Below are positions 19,466 to 20,000 of a stretch of DNA of 20,000 nt, piece by piece. The stretch is from positions 981,398 through 1,001,397 of the forward strand of contig OZ237755.1 of NCBI GenBank assembly GCA_965178125.1. Reading direction: 5' to 3'. This DNA comes from Bilabrum cf. latius (lineage: Eukaryota). A program made the translations under genes and the position numbers. The notes beneath the pieces are model-generated. The model had not been told where the DNA came from and made no database searches. It worked only from the letters and a program-made list of their open reading frames with translations. Numbering within the stretch: position 1 is the first letter of the stretch; every line of letters starts with the position of its first letter.

Positions 19466-20000
19466 TAGGGTATAGGGTTAGGGTTAGGGTTAGGGTTAGG
19501 GTTAGGGTTAGGGTTAGGGTTAGGGTTAGGGTTAGGGTTAGGGTTAGGGTTAGGGTTAGGGTTAGGGTTAGGGTTAGGGTTAGGGTTAGGGTTAGGGTTA
19601 GGGTTAGGGTTAGGGTTAGGGTTAGGGTTAGGGTTAGGGTTAGGGTTAGGGTTAGGGTTAGGGTTAGGGTTAGGGTTAGGGTTAGGGTTAGGGTTAGGGT
19701 TAGGGTTAGGGTTAGGGTTAGGGTTAGGGTTAGGGTTAGGGTTAGGGTTAGGGTTAGGGTTAGGGTTAGGGTTAGGGTTAGGGTTAGGGTTAGGGTTAGG
19801 GTTAGGGTTAGGGTTAGGGTTAGGGTTAGGGTTAGGGTTAGGGTTAGGGTTAGGGTTAGGGTTAGGGTTAGGGTTAGGGTTAGGGTTAGGGTTAGGGTTA
19901 GGGTTAGGGTTAGGGTTAGGGTTAGGGTTAGGGTTAGGGTTAGGGTTAGGGTTAGGGTTAGGGTTAGGGTTAGGGTTAGGGTTAGGGTTAGGGTTAGGGT
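19465..20000 (+). repeat. Terminal telomere (TTAGGG)n
   Basis: One TTAGGG, one variant TATAGGG, then ~87 perfect TTAGGG units to the window end. The G-rich strand runs 5'->3' toward the end, as expected for a right chromosome end. Confidence 0.97.

Overview
Right end of a linear chromosome from a compact, intron-containing, probably flagellated microbial eukaryote. The main result is that the nuclear genes appear to use a variant genetic code in which TAG is a sense codon, most likely Gln, while TAA and TGA remain stops. By manual translation, six well-supported genes contain 32 in-frame TAGs and no internal TAA/TGA or frameshift. Every gene model ends in TAA or TGA. Reading TAG through joins the fragmented ORF track into intact genes: a 580-aa putative 4E-T/Pat1-like scaffold, pallidin (BLOC1S6), SNU13, PAM18, a FYVE protein with two repeated beta-rich domains, and RPGRIP1L/Fantom. 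LST8 is intact and has no in-frame TAG. Three weaker gene candidates are also listed. The last 2.5 kb are layered: about 17 copies of a 63-bp C-rich minisatellite, an internal (TTAGGG)21 tract, a ~760-bp cassette holding 4.5 copies of a 155-bp repeat, and the terminal (TTAGGG)n array. All calls come from manual reading and recalled family motifs; no database searches were run.
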